A stretch of 64,000 nt of DNA, from the IMG/VR virus record IMGVR_UViG_3300034196_000151; one strand, written 5' to 3'. The position numbers and the translations under genes were made by a program. The DNA comes from a virus (lineage: Duplodnaviria > Heunggongvirae > Uroviricota > Caudoviricetes). The notes below the pieces were generated by a model. It was not told the DNA's origin. It did not search any database and saw only the letters and a program-made list of their open reading frames with translations. Numbering within the stretch: the stretch's first letter is position 1; every line of letters starts with the position of its first letter. This document shows, piece by piece, positions 18,967 to 28,132 of this stretch.

Positions 18967-19005
18967 GTTTCACCTGATTTCATCAATATGGTTATATATG
19001 TGGTT

Positions 19006-19034
19006 ATTATACCAAAAACAAGAATTTTAGGCAA
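19006..19034 (-). promoter_or_regulatory. sigma70-type promoter TTGCCT-17-TGGTATAAT (cassette copy 2)
   Basis: Minus strand TTGCCTAAAATTCTTGTTTTTGGTATAAT. Confidence 0.6.
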
Positions 19035-19058
19035 CAAAAAAGAGATCATAAGATCTCT
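19035..19058 (-). terminator. intrinsic terminator, part of the duplicated cassette
   Basis: aaaaaAGAGATCataaGATCTCTtt. Confidence 0.55.
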
Positions 19059-19203
19059 TTCTGTTATTGCTTTCCATTAGGTTAATAAGGCGTTTCGATT
19101 CCACCTTATGCCTTTTGGAACTACTTAGAAGGAAAACATCACCGACTAAAACCCAAGGAGGACGTTAATAATACAACAAATCGCTCAGTGAGTCAACTCG
19201 TTT

Positions 19204-19563
19204 TTATTGATGTTTCAAATAAATTCGATACAAGTCAACAAAATTGATGTCAAAAGTGTACTCGGGATAATGTGTTTCATAAAAATCTTGAACATCATCC
19301 AAATATGTTTGTGCCCTTGCATAAACCTCATTGGCAAACGCAATCATATCCTTAGCAGAAGCATCAGGAAACAAGACAAACGCAATTTCATAATGTGGTG
19401 GTTCAGAAACAACCTCATCAGGAATGCAAGAGCCTGTTGAAGTGACGACAAACGACTTTTTGTCACTGCTGGCTCGATAATTGAACAAGGCTTTAAATGC
19501 CAAAAAGTCTGCTGAATTTTCATCGACTTCAATTTCTTTCACTTTTTTCTTGGTCATATTCAT
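19204..19563 (-). CDS. hypothetical protein
   Basis: 119-aa ORF followed by a ~140-nt 3' UTR. Confidence 0.5.
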   Translation of the reverse strand: MNMTKKKVKEIEVDENSADFLAFKALFNYRASSDKKSFVVTSTGSCIPDEVVSEPPHYEIAFVLFPDASAKDMIAFANEVYARAQTYLDDVQDFYETHYPEYTFDINFVDLYRIYLKHQ

Positions 19564-19577
19564 TTCTCCCTATGAAA

Positions 19578-19958
19578 CTAATCCGACACTACGCGGTATA
19601 AAATAATTTGGCGACCTTCAACCTCAAAGGTATGGTCGCAAGCACAAGTTTTTTTGTATGTCCAAACCCATTCATGTTCTGATTCATCACAAGCCATGTA
19701 TCCACGACCACATTTTGGACAGAAGATATCAGCTTCTGAATTGTGAACCATGCCAGTTTTGTATTCTTTGATATAAACTTCCGCTTCTTCCACAGTGTCA
19801 AAGAACGTAAAGCCGTGGGCGTAATCAATGGTTGTTTGTAATGAGAAACCTTTACCCGGCTCTGTCAGCGAGTCATAAAACTTCTGGTTGTCGTCAAGCT
19901 TGTAAATTCGATGATCTTCTTTACTGAAGCTTTCTTTAAAGACAATAATCTGTTTCAT
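19578..19958 (-). CDS. zinc-ribbon protein
   Basis: 126 aa; CPKCG...CACDH four-cysteine pattern. Confidence 0.5.
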   Translation of the reverse strand: MKQIIVFKESFSKEDHRIYKLDDNQKFYDSLTEPGKGFSLQTTIDYAHGFTFFDTVEEAEVYIKEYKTGMVHNSEADIFCPKCGRGYMACDESEHEWVWTYKKTCACDHTFEVEGRQIILYRVVSD

Positions 19959-20073
19959 AAATCACCCATATTGGTTTGATACACAAGTATAACAAAAAAT
20001 AGCTTTTTAAGCAAGATTTTTTTAATGAACGAAAAAAAAGGCACCCTACTGGATGCCTTTCTTCTGGTAGCAG

Positions 20074-20208
20074 TTACTCTGCGTCTTGATGTCGGTTACG
20101 ACGACGATTGCGGAACTCGTTGTCTTTTTTGTGAAATTTTGCCTTTTCGTTATCTTTTTTCTTGCCGCCGCGAAAACGTTCTGTTGCGTCACCGAAAGAG
20201 CCTTGCAT
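20074..20208 (-). CDS. 44-aa highly basic protein, copy 2 of 3
   Basis: MQGSFGDATERFRGGKKKDNEKAKFHKKDNEFRNRRRNRHQDAE; below the ORF-track size cut-off. Confidence 0.55.
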   Translation of the reverse strand: MQGSFGDATERFRGGKKKDNEKAKFHKKDNEFRNRRRNRHQDAE

Positions 20209-20317
20209 TTTGTATCTCCTAACATTTAATTTGATTGTTTGTTTCGTTTTGATGGGATAAGTATATCAAGAAGCGTTTTATTGGTCAATCACTTTTTTCA
20301 AAAAACTTCAAAACAAC

Positions 20318-20455
20318 TTAACCCACTACTCGTTCATATTTAACATGATATTCAACCATCGACGCCACCATGAAAAGCAACATACAAGCCCCCATCACAC
20401 CGACAAGCCACAACGGGAAGGCTTCGACTGAGAACCATTCAAATGGTTTACACAT
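20318..20455 (-). CDS. 45-aa membrane peptide (not in ORF track)
   Basis: ATG overlaps the stop of 20455..20643 (TGATG); hydrophobic FPLWLVGVMGACMLLFMVASM. Confidence 0.35.
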   Translation of the reverse strand: MCKPFEWFSVEAFPLWLVGVMGACMLLFMVASMVEYHVKYERVVG

Positions 20456-20643
20456 CACAGGTCACCATCAGTAGACAGCGAAGGCTCATCTTTATTCATC
20501 CACGATTCGATTTCCGCTTTGGATTCCCACTTAGCATGGCCTTCACAGTCCACCAACCGGACTTTCTCATCAGTTTGGTCAATAATGCGAAACCATGCAC
20601 CAAGACCATTGACATAAATTTGAGCATTTTGGGTGAAAATCAT
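20455..20643 (-). CDS. hypothetical protein
   Basis: 62-aa ORF. Confidence 0.45.
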   Translation of the reverse strand: MIFTQNAQIYVNGLGAWFRIIDQTDEKVRLVDCEGHAKWESKAEIESWMNKDEPSLSTDGDL

Positions 20644-20701
20644 GGCAGTCTCTCCATTTTGGGAAATTGATTATACCATAAATCTTGTTTTTAAATCAAG
20701 C

Positions 20702-21040
20702 TTACTGACGTTTATTCTTGAAATCGGCCAAGTCTTTATTAAATCGCTCAGACATTGCTTTGATGCCAAGAATATAGACGCCATTCAAGATGTTGTATTC
20801 CTCAATAACATCCGACATTGAGCTATGCAAAATACGCTCACGCAAGAGTTTATAAACAGCAAACTGATTGGTGCCAAATTTTACATGGATTTCATAAGCA
20901 ACTTGAAAACAAGCTACTTTAAAGTCACCGGGTTTATCTTCAACCAAACGACCAGACATATCGGAAAAAGTAGCTTCCAACTCATTGGCAGCATCATTAA
21001 CAAACACCATATCAGACGGGGACACTGTAATTTCGATCAT
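20702..21040 (-). CDS. hypothetical protein
   Basis: 112-aa ORF. Confidence 0.5.
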   Translation of the reverse strand: MIEITVSPSDMVFVNDAANELEATFSDMSGRLVEDKPGDFKVACFQVAYEIHVKFGTNQFAVYKLLRERILHSSMSDVIEEYNILNGVYILGIKAMSERFNKDLADFKNKRQ

Positions 21041-21119
21041 GATAACCTCAAATGTGGTAAATGTGTTGTTTAAGGAGGTATTTTATCACTTTTTCCTTAG
21101 TTTTTCAACAAATATACAA

Positions 21120-21734
21120 TTAGATTACATACATTTTCAAGAGTTCGACATAGGAACTGTCTGTTTTCACAAAATGTTTAAACTGAGAAAAATAGTCATC
21201 AATTGGTAAAATTTCTTTTAATTTGGTATGTTTCATCAAATGGTGGAATACATAAAAGGCCGCACTATTACCATCATTCAATTTAAACTGATTACTCAGT
21301 TCAGCAGAATACAATAAATAGTTAACTTCATCCGATCCATCCGATGCAACAGATTGATTCAGTGTTATTTTATCAAGGCTATGACCAATAAATTGGAACC
21401 ATAAATTATTATTATTACTATAAACGTTTTTATGATTCAATTTGATTGAACTATTGATAGCATTTAAATCAATAGAATAAGGAATTCTTCTCTTGCCAGT
21501 TTTTATTGAAATTGGAACTCGATGATGAACCTCTTTATTAACTGATGAATAGCTGTCAAAAAATCTTTCATCACCATTAGGCATGGTAACAACACAATAA
21601 CAGCCAGCCTCATCCCAAACCATCTGCATAGGTTTAAAGACAGCACTCACATGGCCTTGAAAGAAAAAGGTTTCCTGTGCCAGAAAAGCTTTCGCAGACG
21701 CCAAAACATGGTCAGGAATAATGAGGTCAGTCAT
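21120..21734 (-). CDS. hypothetical protein (AT-rich)
   Basis: 204-aa ORF, low GC. Confidence 0.5.
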   Translation of the reverse strand: MTDLIIPDHVLASAKAFLAQETFFFQGHVSAVFKPMQMVWDEAGCYCVVTMPNGDERFFDSYSSVNKEVHHRVPISIKTGKRRIPYSIDLNAINSSIKLNHKNVYSNNNNLWFQFIGHSLDKITLNQSVASDGSDEVNYLLYSAELSNQFKLNDGNSAAFYVFHHLMKHTKLKEILPIDDYFSQFKHFVKTDSSYVELLKMYVI

Positions 21735-21840
21735 GATAAAATCTCTGAAATTATGCTTGAATTATAACACATGATTTTAAACAAAAGCAAAAAATCCGAC
21801 CATCAGGCCGGATTATTGTTATCTGATTGTTTGGTGTTGA

Positions 21841-22320
21841 CTATTGTTCTATTTTATAAATGTTGTAGGCTTCAAATGATCTGAAAGCTCCTTGCTTTTT
21901 AAAAAACTTGAAATATTTTACAGCAATTTTATTGCTGGCCTTATTGCTTTCATGAGCAATATAAATAAGGTTTTTATACTTGTTGAGATAGTGTTCAACC
22001 ACTTGACTAGCATAACCATTGCCACGTTCTTTTTTAGCAATATAAATCATGCCAAGGTTATGATAAGTCAAATCTTTTTCAATACCCAACCGAAGACTGA
22101 GCTGAAAAGTAACCTCACTGGTGTTAACAATCCCTACAATTTTACCATCAACTTTGATAACAGTCACAGGTTGACGGGAAATAATTGAGCGAACTTCTTT
22201 AAAGGTCAATCCAGAAGGATCTGAATCTGCCGTATATTTATTCCGCATAGAGTGAAAAACCAGTTTTACAACATCTGGATTTTCGGCTGGGTTGGCATAC
22301 GGCTCGATAGAAATCATGAT
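21841..22320 (-). CDS. GNAT-family N-acetyltransferase
   Basis: Start at MISIEPY; motif IAKKERGNGYASQVVEHYL matches the GNAT motif A (R-x-x-G-x-G/A). Confidence 0.55.
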   Translation of the reverse strand: MMISIEPYANPAENPDVVKLVFHSMRNKYTADSDPSGLTFKEVRSIISRQPVTVIKVDGKIVGIVNTSEVTFQLSLRLGIEKDLTYHNLGMIYIAKKERGNGYASQVVEHYLNKYKNLIYIAHESNKASNKIAVKYFKFFKKQGAFRSFEAYNIYKIEQ

Positions 22321-22418
22321 AAACCTGTTATTTGGTTGATGACCTATTATATCAAAAAACAAAAGGATGGGCAATAGAAAACCGCCAAAGTGGCGGCTTA
22401 ATAACAACAAAACACAGA

Positions 22419-22616
22419 TTAATCATTGGCGTCTTGAGCATCTTCAAAGGATTCGTAATAGCCATCAGCCTCAAAAAAATAACAGGCTTGAAGGAAACGA
22501 TCCTGATCGGGATAGTTGTAACTACTGATCTCAGCATAGCCCATACTGCCATCAGCCCGCTTACGATAGTAGGTCTTGCGAATTTCTTCGTGCATTAACT
22601 CTTTGTGCATGAACAT
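22419..22616 (-). CDS. small acidic protein
   Basis: 65 aa, D/E-rich C-terminus; TATAAT at ~22646. Confidence 0.45.
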   Translation of the reverse strand: MFMHKELMHEEIRKTYYRKRADGSMGYAEISSYNYPDQDRFLQACYFFEADGYYESFEDAQDAND

Positions 22617-22807
22617 ATCCTCACGATTGATTAATATGCTAATTATACAACAATTATTTTTTTTTTAACAACAAAAAACCCCTATTGCGAGGGGTTTTTC
22701 TTATCATCTTAATTAAATTCTCTGATTTAGGTTAAGGTTATGGCTGCATCGGTAGTTCACCTCTGGCACTCGATTAGATTATCTAGTGGTTAATGTTATT
22801 TTCAATC

Positions 22808-22884
22808 TGGTGGGACTTATAGGACTTGAACCTATGACCTGCCGATTATGAGTCGGACGCTCTAACCAACTGAGCTAAAGTCCC
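22808..22884 (-). tRNA. tRNA-Met/Ile (anticodon CAU)
   Basis: Minus-strand GGGACTTTAGCTCAGTTGGTTAGAGCGTCCGACTCATAATCGGCAGGTCATAGGTTCAAGTCCTATAAGTCCCACCA: 7-bp acceptor, D and T arms, anticodon loop CTCATAA, encoded CCA. Confidence 0.85.
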
Positions 22885-23173
22885 GTGGTTGGTGGCCTAG
22901 AAACCTGTCTAAACCACCCAGTATCCTCAATTATATATTCTCTATTTTAAAATATAAATACCTAGCAATCTATTTCAAGCGACTTCGAACTCGTTTATTG
23001 AAGCCCCTGCTTTGGATTTAGTTGTCTACCAAAGGTCTTAGGTTCTGCCTGAATTCGCAGGATGCCAACCTACGAAAATCTCTGTTAGTCCTCTTTCTGG
23101 TTCTAGTTAAGAAGGCTCTATTTTAAGCCTTGTCATCATCGTTTGCAACTGTTTTTTTACATTTATTTAAATT

Positions 23174-23258
23174 TGGTGCCCGGTGCCGGACTCGAACCGG
23201 CACTCCTTGCGGAAAGGGATTTTAAGTCCCTCGTGTCTACCAATTTCACCAACCGGGC
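23174..23258 (-). tRNA. tRNA-Leu (anticodon UAA), type II with long variable arm
   Basis: Minus-strand GCCCGGTTGGTGAAATTGGTAGACACGAGGGACTTAAAATCCCTTTCCGCAAGGAGTGCCGGTTCGAGTCCGGCACCGGGCACCA; loop CTTAAAA; encoded CCA. Confidence 0.85.
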
Positions 23259-23552
23259 TTAATATGATATGGACTACTCTATTTATATCTGCACCGAGTA
23301 GTGTTCCATACTTACAAGCTATATTGGCAACCGAAGTTGTTGTTCCAAAACAAGCCACTTGTAAGAAGTGCTGGTTTATTCTGGCAAGATGTTTGTTTCT
23401 CCGTTTCGTCTTGATGGGGTAATTATAGAGAAAATCGCTTTGAAGGTCAAGCACTTTTTTAGCTTATTTTTCAAATACTTAAATCAAAATTATGTTGACA
23501 TAACAACGAAAAAGACCTGCTGCAGTAGGTCTTGATGACATAAAATCATGTT

Positions 23553-24464
23553 TTAGTGATAGACCAACTCACCGATGGATTTTTTGGTCACTCGGGCATT
23601 TGCAGGATTGCCAAAGATATGAATGCCACCAATCCCTGTTGCAGATCCAACAATAGATTTTAAGGCCGTCACTTTTACCTTGCCGATACCGGACGAATTG
23701 AGTGTTACGTTATCCGCTTTCAATCCTTTCGCGTCAACTGAGCCGGTGCCAGAAGTATTTAAATCAAGGTTTTCACAAGTGCCATCAAAAGTCGATGAAC
23801 CCACTGAATCTTGTTTAATTTTGATGGATTGGGAAGCTTCACCCTCGTATTCAAAAGATCCTGTGCCGCTGATGGTAAAGATAGCGTTCAGAACACGACC
23901 AGAGATAAAACAATCCCCAGTGCTGCATTTATTTACAGTGGCTTCATCTGCATTGATTTTGGCGTTAAAGGAGCCAGTGCCAGAAACATCAAGCAAGATG
24001 GTGTCAAAGTCACCATTTAAATCACATTTACCTGTGCCCGATTTTTTGATGTTGATTTTTTCTTGTTTAAAGTGTTGAATATCAACTTTACCTGAACCCT
24101 TGTGAGAAATGGACTCTAACAGAGGTGCAGTAATGAAAAGCTTCATAACTGGGTTAATAAGAACATCCTTTTCAACCTTGATTTTAAAACAGCCTTCAAC
24201 AGTTTCCACTTTTAGAAATGGAATGAGTTTTTCATTGATTTCAAGTTGAATCGTAAGCTTTTCACCTTGTTGGATGACAGTTTCAAAAGGGCCACTAATA
24301 CTGACCGAAGAGAAATCTTTGAATTGAACTGGATGGTTGACAACAGGACCGTAGTCTTCTTTCGGGATTTTACCACCAACAATGGAACCATTAATGATTG
24401 TCACATCATTGAAGCTATTTTTTTTCCCAAAAAGAGATTCCATGACTTCTTTGAATACGGACAT
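23553..24464 (-). CDS. DUF2807/GIN-like beta-helix protein (adhesin-head-like repeats)
   Basis: 303 aa with reiterated SGTGS/SGIGK/TGIGG repeats every ~20 aa. Confidence 0.55.
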   Translation of the reverse strand: MSVFKEVMESLFGKKNSFNDVTIINGSIVGGKIPKEDYGPVVNHPVQFKDFSSVSISGPFETVIQQGEKLTIQLEINEKLIPFLKVETVEGCFKIKVEKDVLINPVMKLFITAPLLESISHKGSGKVDIQHFKQEKINIKKSGTGKCDLNGDFDTILLDVSGTGSFNAKINADEATVNKCSTGDCFISGRVLNAIFTISGTGSFEYEGEASQSIKIKQDSVGSSTFDGTCENLDLNTSGTGSVDAKGLKADNVTLNSSGIGKVKVTALKSIVGSATGIGGIHIFGNPANARVTKKSIGELVYH

Positions 24465-24631
24465 AATGTGTCTCCATGTAAATGATACTCCATTATATCA
24501 AAAAACAGTTTTTAAAACAACAGTTTTTCATTATTTTATGGTTGTTTAGAATATTTGTGAAAACGTACAAACAAAAACCCCAAGAATGGGGCTTTTTGTT
24601 ATTCCTAATATGATCGAAGTTAGCAGAGATC

Positions 24632-24802
24632 TTATTCAATAATAGGAATAGGCTCACATTCAACGTAGTTGTAATGACCTGATGTCTCAAGTTCCTTTTT
24701 CAAGGCTTCTGCCTTTACTTCGTCAAGAAAAACACCCTTAACCTGTTTATCGGCGGTTGTCGGATAATACTGATCCCACGCATAAACCATATAACCTTGC
24801 AT
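24632..24802 (-). CDS. 56-aa hypothetical protein (not in ORF track)
   Basis: GGAGATG SD 5 nt before ATG; terminator caaaaaccccaagaatggggc at 24578-24600. Confidence 0.4.
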   Translation of the reverse strand: MQGYMVYAWDQYYPTTADKQVKGVFLDEVKAEALKKELETSGHYNYVECEPIPIIE

Positions 24803-24833
24803 AATCACATCTCCAAAGAAAGGATTTCGTGTT

Positions 24834-25115
24834 TTAAACTTCCGAGAAAGTCAATTTGAACAAAGAATAAGGAACTACCAGTGTTTCGCCGTTTTTCACG
24901 ACAACAAAATCACCAACTTCAATACGTTGCCAGCCCACATTGGTTTTTACGCCAAAAAACGCATTTTTAGGGGTGCCCATCATATCACCGGGAACTTTGG
25001 CAATTTTGTTTTCATAGTCCATATAGCATTGGCGAATGTGATCAGCCGCTTCTGGGTCAGTGCCATATTGAGCCGCTTGGCAGGTGATGTTGTCGTTACT
25101 GATATACGTTTTCAT
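24834..25115 (-). CDS. hypothetical protein
   Basis: 93-aa ORF. Confidence 0.5.
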   Translation of the reverse strand: MKTYISNDNITCQAAQYGTDPEAADHIRQCYMDYENKIAKVPGDMMGTPKNAFFGVKTNVGWQRIEVGDFVVVKNGETLVVPYSLFKLTFSEV

Positions 25116-25133
25116 AAGTTTTAATTCCTATTG

Positions 25134-25523
25134 TTAACCAATGGTGAAAATACAAGCCAATTTTTTATCGGGTTCGATTTCGTTATCCCAAATGCTTTCA
25201 TTGTCGAAATGTTTGACATTTTTCTTTTTCAACAAGGCATGCAGTTCTGTAAAATTGAACTGATAAGGCTTATCCAGTTCTGGTTCAACACAAAACCGTT
25301 CACCATCCAAATGATAGATGAAGAAATAACCGGGCAAAACAGCCACAAAGGTAATCGTCCAAACACGCTCATCGCCCATAGGCTCATCACAATGAGGGTC
25401 AACCTCAGACATGTAGGCATATTCGACGCCATTCACGGTCAAGCGTTCTGTATAGGCAGAAGCCTTACGTTCTTTACAGCGTTCTACAATGGCATTAACG
25501 ATTGTCTGATTGTTCGTCTTCAT
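25134..25523 (-). CDS. hypothetical protein
   Basis: 129-aa ORF. Confidence 0.5.
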   Translation of the reverse strand: MKTNNQTIVNAIVERCKERKASAYTERLTVNGVEYAYMSEVDPHCDEPMGDERVWTITFVAVLPGYFFIYHLDGERFCVEPELDKPYQFNFTELHALLKKKNVKHFDNESIWDNEIEPDKKLACIFTIG

Positions 25524-25607
25524 GGTGAGATACCAAGGCTACTGATTAGGGTAATTATATCAATAAAGCCTTGGCGAGTAAAGAAAAATCGTTTTTGATG
25601 GTGATTT

Positions 25608-25925
25608 TTAAATTAATTGCATGAGAATGTTTTCCATGTGGTCGCAAAAACCTATCGGGTAATGATCAAAACGCCCAGATTCATAGATAATGATTTTCTG
25701 GTCATTAAATCGAATACCGATATCGGATGGCAATAAATCCTTCTTAAAAACAGCAAACTGGAAACAAGCCACAACTAGTGAACTCGAGGTGTAAATCAAG
25801 TGTTGTTGCTGACTGGATACAATATCCGCCACAAATTCGGCTACCAGACCATCAGCGGTCGGAACACCATGAACAGGATCATAAACCAGAAGAATACGTG
25901 TTTCTTGTTGGAGAGTAGACATCAT
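25608..25925 (-). CDS. hypothetical protein
   Basis: 105-aa ORF. Confidence 0.5.
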   Translation of the reverse strand: MMSTLQQETRILLVYDPVHGVPTADGLVAEFVADIVSSQQQHLIYTSSSLVVACFQFAVFKKDLLPSDIGIRFNDQKIIIYESGRFDHYPIGFCDHMENILMQLI

Positions 25926-25938
25926 AACACCTCAAAAG

Positions 25939-26175
25939 TTAATCGCTCATCAGATCTTCAACGCGATCCAATGTTTTAAACATGTCGTAAAGTTGAGTGC
26001 AGTAGCAGACAAGCAAGGCTTCTACCACCAATACAACGCTTGCGAGAGCCGCTTCCATTTTATCACCAAACCAAAGCTGATAAACAACGAAACAAGCGGT
26101 TGCCATCATCAAAAGAATGATAGCAGAAACGGCCAAGAGCTTATTTGAAATTTTCATGTTAAAAACCTCGTTCAA
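25939..26175 (-). CDS. small two-TM membrane protein
   Basis: 78 aa, two hydrophobic helices. Confidence 0.45.
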   Translation of the reverse strand: MNEVFNMKISNKLLAVSAIILLMMATACFVVYQLWFGDKMEAALASVVLVVEALLVCYCTQLYDMFKTLDRVEDLMSD

Positions 26176-26223
26176 AGAACTTGATCAAAAAAGCAGTAGA
26201 CTGGCTACTGCTTTGCGGTTTGG

Positions 26224-26358
26224 TTACTCTGCGTCTTGATGACGGTTGCGGCGTTTATCACGCCATTGACGGTCTTTTTTATTGTGCTGGGCTTTCTCAC
26301 TGTCGCGTTTCTTGGCACCGCTGAAACGTTCTTGTGCATCACCGAAAGAACCTTGCAT
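26224..26358 (-). CDS. 44-aa highly basic protein, copy 3 of 3
   Basis: MQGSFGDAQERFSGAKKRDSEKAQHNKKDRQWRDKRRNRHQDAE; different (type B) leader upstream. Confidence 0.55.
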   Translation of the reverse strand: MQGSFGDAQERFSGAKKRDSEKAQHNKKDRQWRDKRRNRHQDAE

Positions 26359-26470
26359 TTTTTGTATCCTTTTTGACTGATTTGATTAAGTGAGCAATCA
26401 CAAGGATAAAGGCTTACTGTTTTGCTCGACCCTTGCTGCTTCAACGTGGTTAGTATATCAAAGGTAATTA
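26359..26470 (-). promoter_or_regulatory. type B promoter plus ~55-nt structured leader
   Basis: Minus strand GATATACT then AACCACGTTGAAGCAGCAAGGGTCGAGCAAAACAGTAAGCCTTTATCCTTGTGATT; near-identical copy at 58873-58985 ahead of an unrelated lipoprotein gene. Confidence 0.5.
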
Positions 26471-26495
26471 ACCAAAACAAGCTTTTTAAGAGATT

Positions 26496-26816
26496 TTAAG
26501 AAAAATAAGGTAGTATGTTCATTGGTTCAAAGGGAGTCGAAACCACCTTTTTATAAAATAGAACAGTCAAAACAACGGCAACGGTGGCAAAAGGACTAAC
26601 AAAAACTGCCGAAGCATAATCCCCCTTCCAGACAGACGAACCACACAACAACACCAAAAAGGAAGTCAGCATAATCAAGAGAGCAAAAAATATAAAATCA
26701 ATAATTTTTTCTTCTCGAAAACTTTTAAATCTTGCTTTTTCAGCCAAATAAATATTTTTTTTATCTTGTTCTTTTTTCAAAAGAATCCAAGCATTAATTT
26801 CTTTATGAGTCTTCAT
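26496..26816 (-). CDS. membrane protein
   Basis: 106 aa, two or three hydrophobic helices. Confidence 0.45.
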   Translation of the reverse strand: MKTHKEINAWILLKKEQDKKNIYLAEKARFKSFREEKIIDFIFFALLIMLTSFLVLLCGSSVWKGDYASAVFVSPFATVAVVLTVLFYKKVVSTPFEPMNILPYFS

Positions 26817-26836
26817 AATATTAAACCTCGCGTAGT

Positions 26837-27427
26837 TTAAATTTCAGCCAAACCTGTTTTAAAGTAATGAGAAATCAGCAAAATCCGATACAGCTCTTTT
26901 ATTTTAAGGGTTGGCGTTTTCTCTATTTCTGCCTTGATCGGATCATAATCAAAATCATAAAAACCCATAGGTTCTTTTGACATGATGACTTTAATCCAAC
27001 GATAAAGGTTGGGAGTTTCACGGTCAGAAAGAAATAACATCAATTCATTTTTGGAGTTGATAATGGCTTCTTTCACAGCATATTTATAATGCTTACCTAT
27101 ATCAATGAGCGAAGTTTCAGGTGCCGAATATAGACCATCACAAGACACCAAATTCTGAACTTCTGTCAAATGACAGGCATTTTCAAGAAAAGTCTTATCA
27201 TGATCACTAAACTCGGTATGGTGGGAAATGATCGTAGTGAGTGCAGCCACTTTGTTGGTAATTCCACCCATGATAATAATGCTTAATTCACCTTTGACCG
27301 CCTGAACACAGCGGCTAAAAAAGTCGTTTTTGAGAGGTCGTGTAAAAAAACCATTTTCATCAAGAATGACCTTGGCAACATCAATATCCATGCCCGTTTC
27401 GATTCCATATGAAGAGTATTGTGTCAT
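26837..27427 (-). CDS. hypothetical protein
   Basis: 196-aa ORF. Confidence 0.5.
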   Translation of the reverse strand: MTQYSSYGIETGMDIDVAKVILDENGFFTRPLKNDFFSRCVQAVKGELSIIIMGGITNKVAALTTIISHHTEFSDHDKTFLENACHLTEVQNLVSCDGLYSAPETSLIDIGKHYKYAVKEAIINSKNELMLFLSDRETPNLYRWIKVIMSKEPMGFYDFDYDPIKAEIEKTPTLKIKELYRILLISHYFKTGLAEI

Positions 27428-27503
27428 GTAATAAAAACTCCATTAAAAAGATACCCGAGTATAACAGAATTGTAAAAAAAATAAAAGCCCATGAAAGGCT
27501 TTT

Positions 27504-28070
27504 TTAATTGCGATATAAATCTATTGGCGGCTGGTAAGTAGCTTCAATGACTACAAATAAATTATAGCTGTTCATGAGGGATTGAACTTCGACCACCACA
27601 TCACCTTTTTTGTATTTAGCCACCTTTGGTGTCGTCAAGTCTTCATAACCTGCTGCAACCAGATCGCTTTTTGCTTTATTGTAAACGGAAAGAGCATTGT
27701 TGTAGAGTGTTGCCTTATCGTTAAAATACAATTCATTAGAGCGTGATACATCACTAAACGTGTAAGTAATTTTACCACTTTGAACAACGCCTTCATCGTA
27801 TGTGTATTTTACTTCTGGATTAATGTGTTCGCCTTCTTCCACGACCAATGTTTTTGAAAAAAAGCTGTCCGTTTTAGTAGATACCTCAGTAACAGTAATA
27901 TGTTTTCCGTTTTCGGTGGAACGATACACTTTGAAAGACGGATGTTTACCCACCTGTGAAGCCATAGCAGAGGCACTGACCGGGTAAATGACAGGTTCTT
28001 GAACGTCTGCATAGACAGAGCCACAAACAGACACTGATAAGGTAAGAGCAACCATTAAACGTTTAATCAT
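27504..28070 (-). CDS. secreted protein (signal peptide)
   Basis: Start at MIKRLMVALTLSVSVCGSVYA, a signal-peptide-like N-terminus. Confidence 0.5.
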   Translation of the reverse strand: MIKRLMVALTLSVSVCGSVYADVQEPVIYPVSASAMASQVGKHPSFKVYRSTENGKHITVTEVSTKTDSFFSKTLVVEEGEHINPEVKYTYDEGVVQSGKITYTFSDVSRSNELYFNDKATLYNNALSVYNKAKSDLVAAGYEDLTTPKVAKYKKGDVVVEVQSLMNSYNLFVVIEATYQPPIDLYRN

Positions 28071-28132
28071 ACACACAACTCCTATAATGAAATATTTTAG
28101 AAACAAAAAAGCCCCATCACTGGGGCTTGTTA

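Noticed and set aside
22885-23173. Additional tRNA genes in the 289-nt spacer between the two tRNAs
   Set aside because: The palindromic TTCGAA-centred segments do not give a complete cloverleaf with acceptor stem by eye. They are left as possible ncRNA or degenerate tRNA remnants in the findings.
23167-23454. 95-aa minus-strand ORF
   Set aside because: It overlaps tRNA-Leu (23174..23258) and its upstream leader, so it is not a protein gene.
24493-24690. 65-aa minus-strand ORF
   Set aside because: It overlaps the promoter and leader of 23553..24464 and a terminator hairpin, has no SD, and a better-supported 56-aa gene (24632..24802) occupies the region.
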